A stretch of DNA of 64,000 nt, from assembly GCA_002698665.1 (NCBI GenBank), contig NZZP01000017.1, forward strand, positions 13,436 through 77,435, given 5' to 3'. The first letter of the stretch is position 1; each line of letters begins with the position of its first letter. The notes beneath the pieces were generated by a model. It ran no database searches. It was given only the letters and a program-made list of their open reading frames with translations, and was not told where the DNA came from. Origin of the DNA: Gammaproteobacteria bacterium. GTDB taxonomy: Bacteria; Pseudomonadota; Gammaproteobacteria; GCA-002705445; GCA-002716945. Position numbers and translations under genes: made by a program. Below, in pieces: positions 62,716 through 64,000 of this stretch.

Positions 62716-64000
62716 TATTTTTTTTAGGTCTCATGACTATTATGATAATAGATAATATCCCTGTAATCCAATAAATTGCTTCCAAGTGAATTTGTTCAAC
62801 ACGAAGGTATATAATTATAGATATAAAAATTGAAAAGATTAGAATTGCAGTCATCCAATAATTTCTAGTTGTATTTTTATAAATTGACTTTTCTATACGA
62901 TCCAGTTTTCTGAGATTTTTGTCAAGATTTAACTGGTCATTATTTAAAAGATTTATGATTTTCCTAAAACTACTAGGTATTTCTGGCAATAATTCTAAGA
63001 AATCTGAATAATTATCTTTAATATTCTTAATAACAACTGGTAAACCTTTCTGCTTTTTCATCCATTTCTCTAAAATAGGTTTAGATGTTTTCCATAAATC
63101 TAATTCTGGATAGAATTCTCTTCCTAGACCTTCTGTATAGAGTAGAGCTTTTTGCATCAAGATTAACTGAGGCTGAACCTCTAATTTAAATTTTCTTGCT
63201 GTATCAAATAATCCTAAGATAATATCACTTAGAGATACATCTTTAATTGATTTATCTAACATAGATTCACAATTATCCCTAATTGCCTTCTCTAATAGGG
63301 CTATGTTAGTATCCTTTGGCACCCATTCACATTCTACATGAAGACGTGCAACCTTGGCGTAGTCTCTATTGAAGAAAGCAACAAAATTTTCAGCAAGATA
63401 TCTTTTATCAAATTTACTTAAGGAACCCATAATACCGAAATCAACTAGCACAAATTGTACGCGTCCGTTAGATTTTTGTACAAATATATTTCCTGGATGC
63501 ATATCTGCATGAAAAAAATTATGTTCAAATACTTGAATAAAAAAGCTCTCTACACCATTTGTAGCTAACTCTTTAAAATCTATACCTTCTTTGATTAGTT
63601 TTTGTTTATCATTGATAGGTGTTGCAAAAGTTCTCTCCATTACCAATACATTTTTTGTAACAAAATCCCAGTGTATTTCTGGTATATAAATAAGCTCAGA
63701 GTTTTGAAAATTCTTTTTAATTTTTTTTGCATTTGTAGACTCTTTGATTAAATCTGTCTCATCATAAACTAATACCTCATAATCATTTACTACTTCGATT
63801 AAATGCATTCTCTCAAATTCATCAGATAAAGATGTCAGATACGAGGCTATGCGCTTCATTAATAATAAATCTTTTTGAATTTCTTGTTTTATATTTGGCC
63901 TTACAACCTTAACGATTACATCAGATCCATCTTTTAGTTTTGCAGCATGTACTTGAGCAATAGAGGCTGAAGCTAGTGGCTCAGTAATAAATTCTTCAAA
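62705..64000 (-). CDS. ubiB: Ubiquinone biosynthesis protein kinase UbiB (5' end beyond the window)
   Basis: The reading frame is continuous to the window end (…EFITEPLASASIAQVHAAKLKDGSDVIVKVVRPNI…). It has a kinase-like core HADMHPGNIF and C-terminal TM helices. Confidence 0.85.
   Translation of the reverse strand, partial: FEEFITEPLASASIAQVHAAKLKDGSDVIVKVVRPNIKQEIQKDLLLMKRIASYLTSLSDEFERMHLIEVVNDYEVLVYDETDLIKESTNAKKIKKNFQNSELIYIPEIHWDFVTKNVLVMERTFATPINDKQKLIKEGIDFKELATNGVESFFIQVFEHNFFHADMHPGNIFVQKSNGRVQFVLVDFGIMGSLSKFDKRYLAENFVAFFNRDYAKVARLHVECEWVPKDTNIALLEKAIRDNCESMLDKSIKDVSLSDIILGLFDTARKFKLEVQPQLILMQKALLYTEGLGREFYPELDLWKTSKPILEKWMKKQKGLPVVIKNIKDNYSDFLELLPEIPSSFRKIINLLNNDQLNLDKNLRKLDRIEKSIYKNTTRNYWMTAILIFSIFISIIIYLRVEQIHLEAIYWITGILSIIIIVMRPKKNNGK

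Overview
This is an AT-rich (roughly 30% GC), very tightly packed chromosomal segment that looks like a streamlined marine gammaproteobacterium. Several gene blocks are ordered as I recall them from Pseudomonas: polA-thrB, cc4-dsbA, yggS-proC-yggT-metX-metW, glnK-amtB-ubiK, mutY-yggX, rsmE-gshB-ruvX, priA-argS. That recalled synteny is established knowledge, not something checked here. The content is almost entirely core housekeeping: an aa3 cytochrome c oxidase cluster (coxBA-ctaG-coxC-SURF1), split biotin genes (bioH-bioC and bioA), tsaD/rpsU/yqeY, split glutamate synthase genes (gltD ... gltB) with hemE-aroK-aroB between them, dnaG, a metK-ahcY SAM cycle pair, glutathione genes, pyrB, proC, metXW, mutY, moaC, rdgB, an M48 protease, an extra 5' nuclease, a long PFK, hemH, an HNH nuclease, priA, argS, polyamine genes speD/speE, a porin-glnK-amtB unit, cytochromes c5/c4, folD, dsbA, polA, a TRAP transporter, uvrD and ubiB. 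There are two tRNAs, Phe-GAA and Arg-CCG. I found no rRNA, CRISPR array, transposase, integrase or prophage. I could not identify a convincing multi-gene novel system such as a defence island. The most noteworthy non-coding feature is a 460-bp AT-rich intergenic region upstream of priA. It carries three perfect DnaA 9-mers and duplicated AT-rich 13-mers, which makes it a candidate oriC or a DnaA-controlled region. Other points worth a second look are a TPR/2OG-oxygenase fusion gene abutting tRNA-Phe, an inverted duplicated promoter/leader module flanking a porin upstream of glnK-amtB with a sigma54-like element, a probable non-canonical gshA, and a rearranged rpsU-dnaG operon. Intergenic space is minimal and convergent genes frequently overlap. 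I found only one clear intrinsic terminator.
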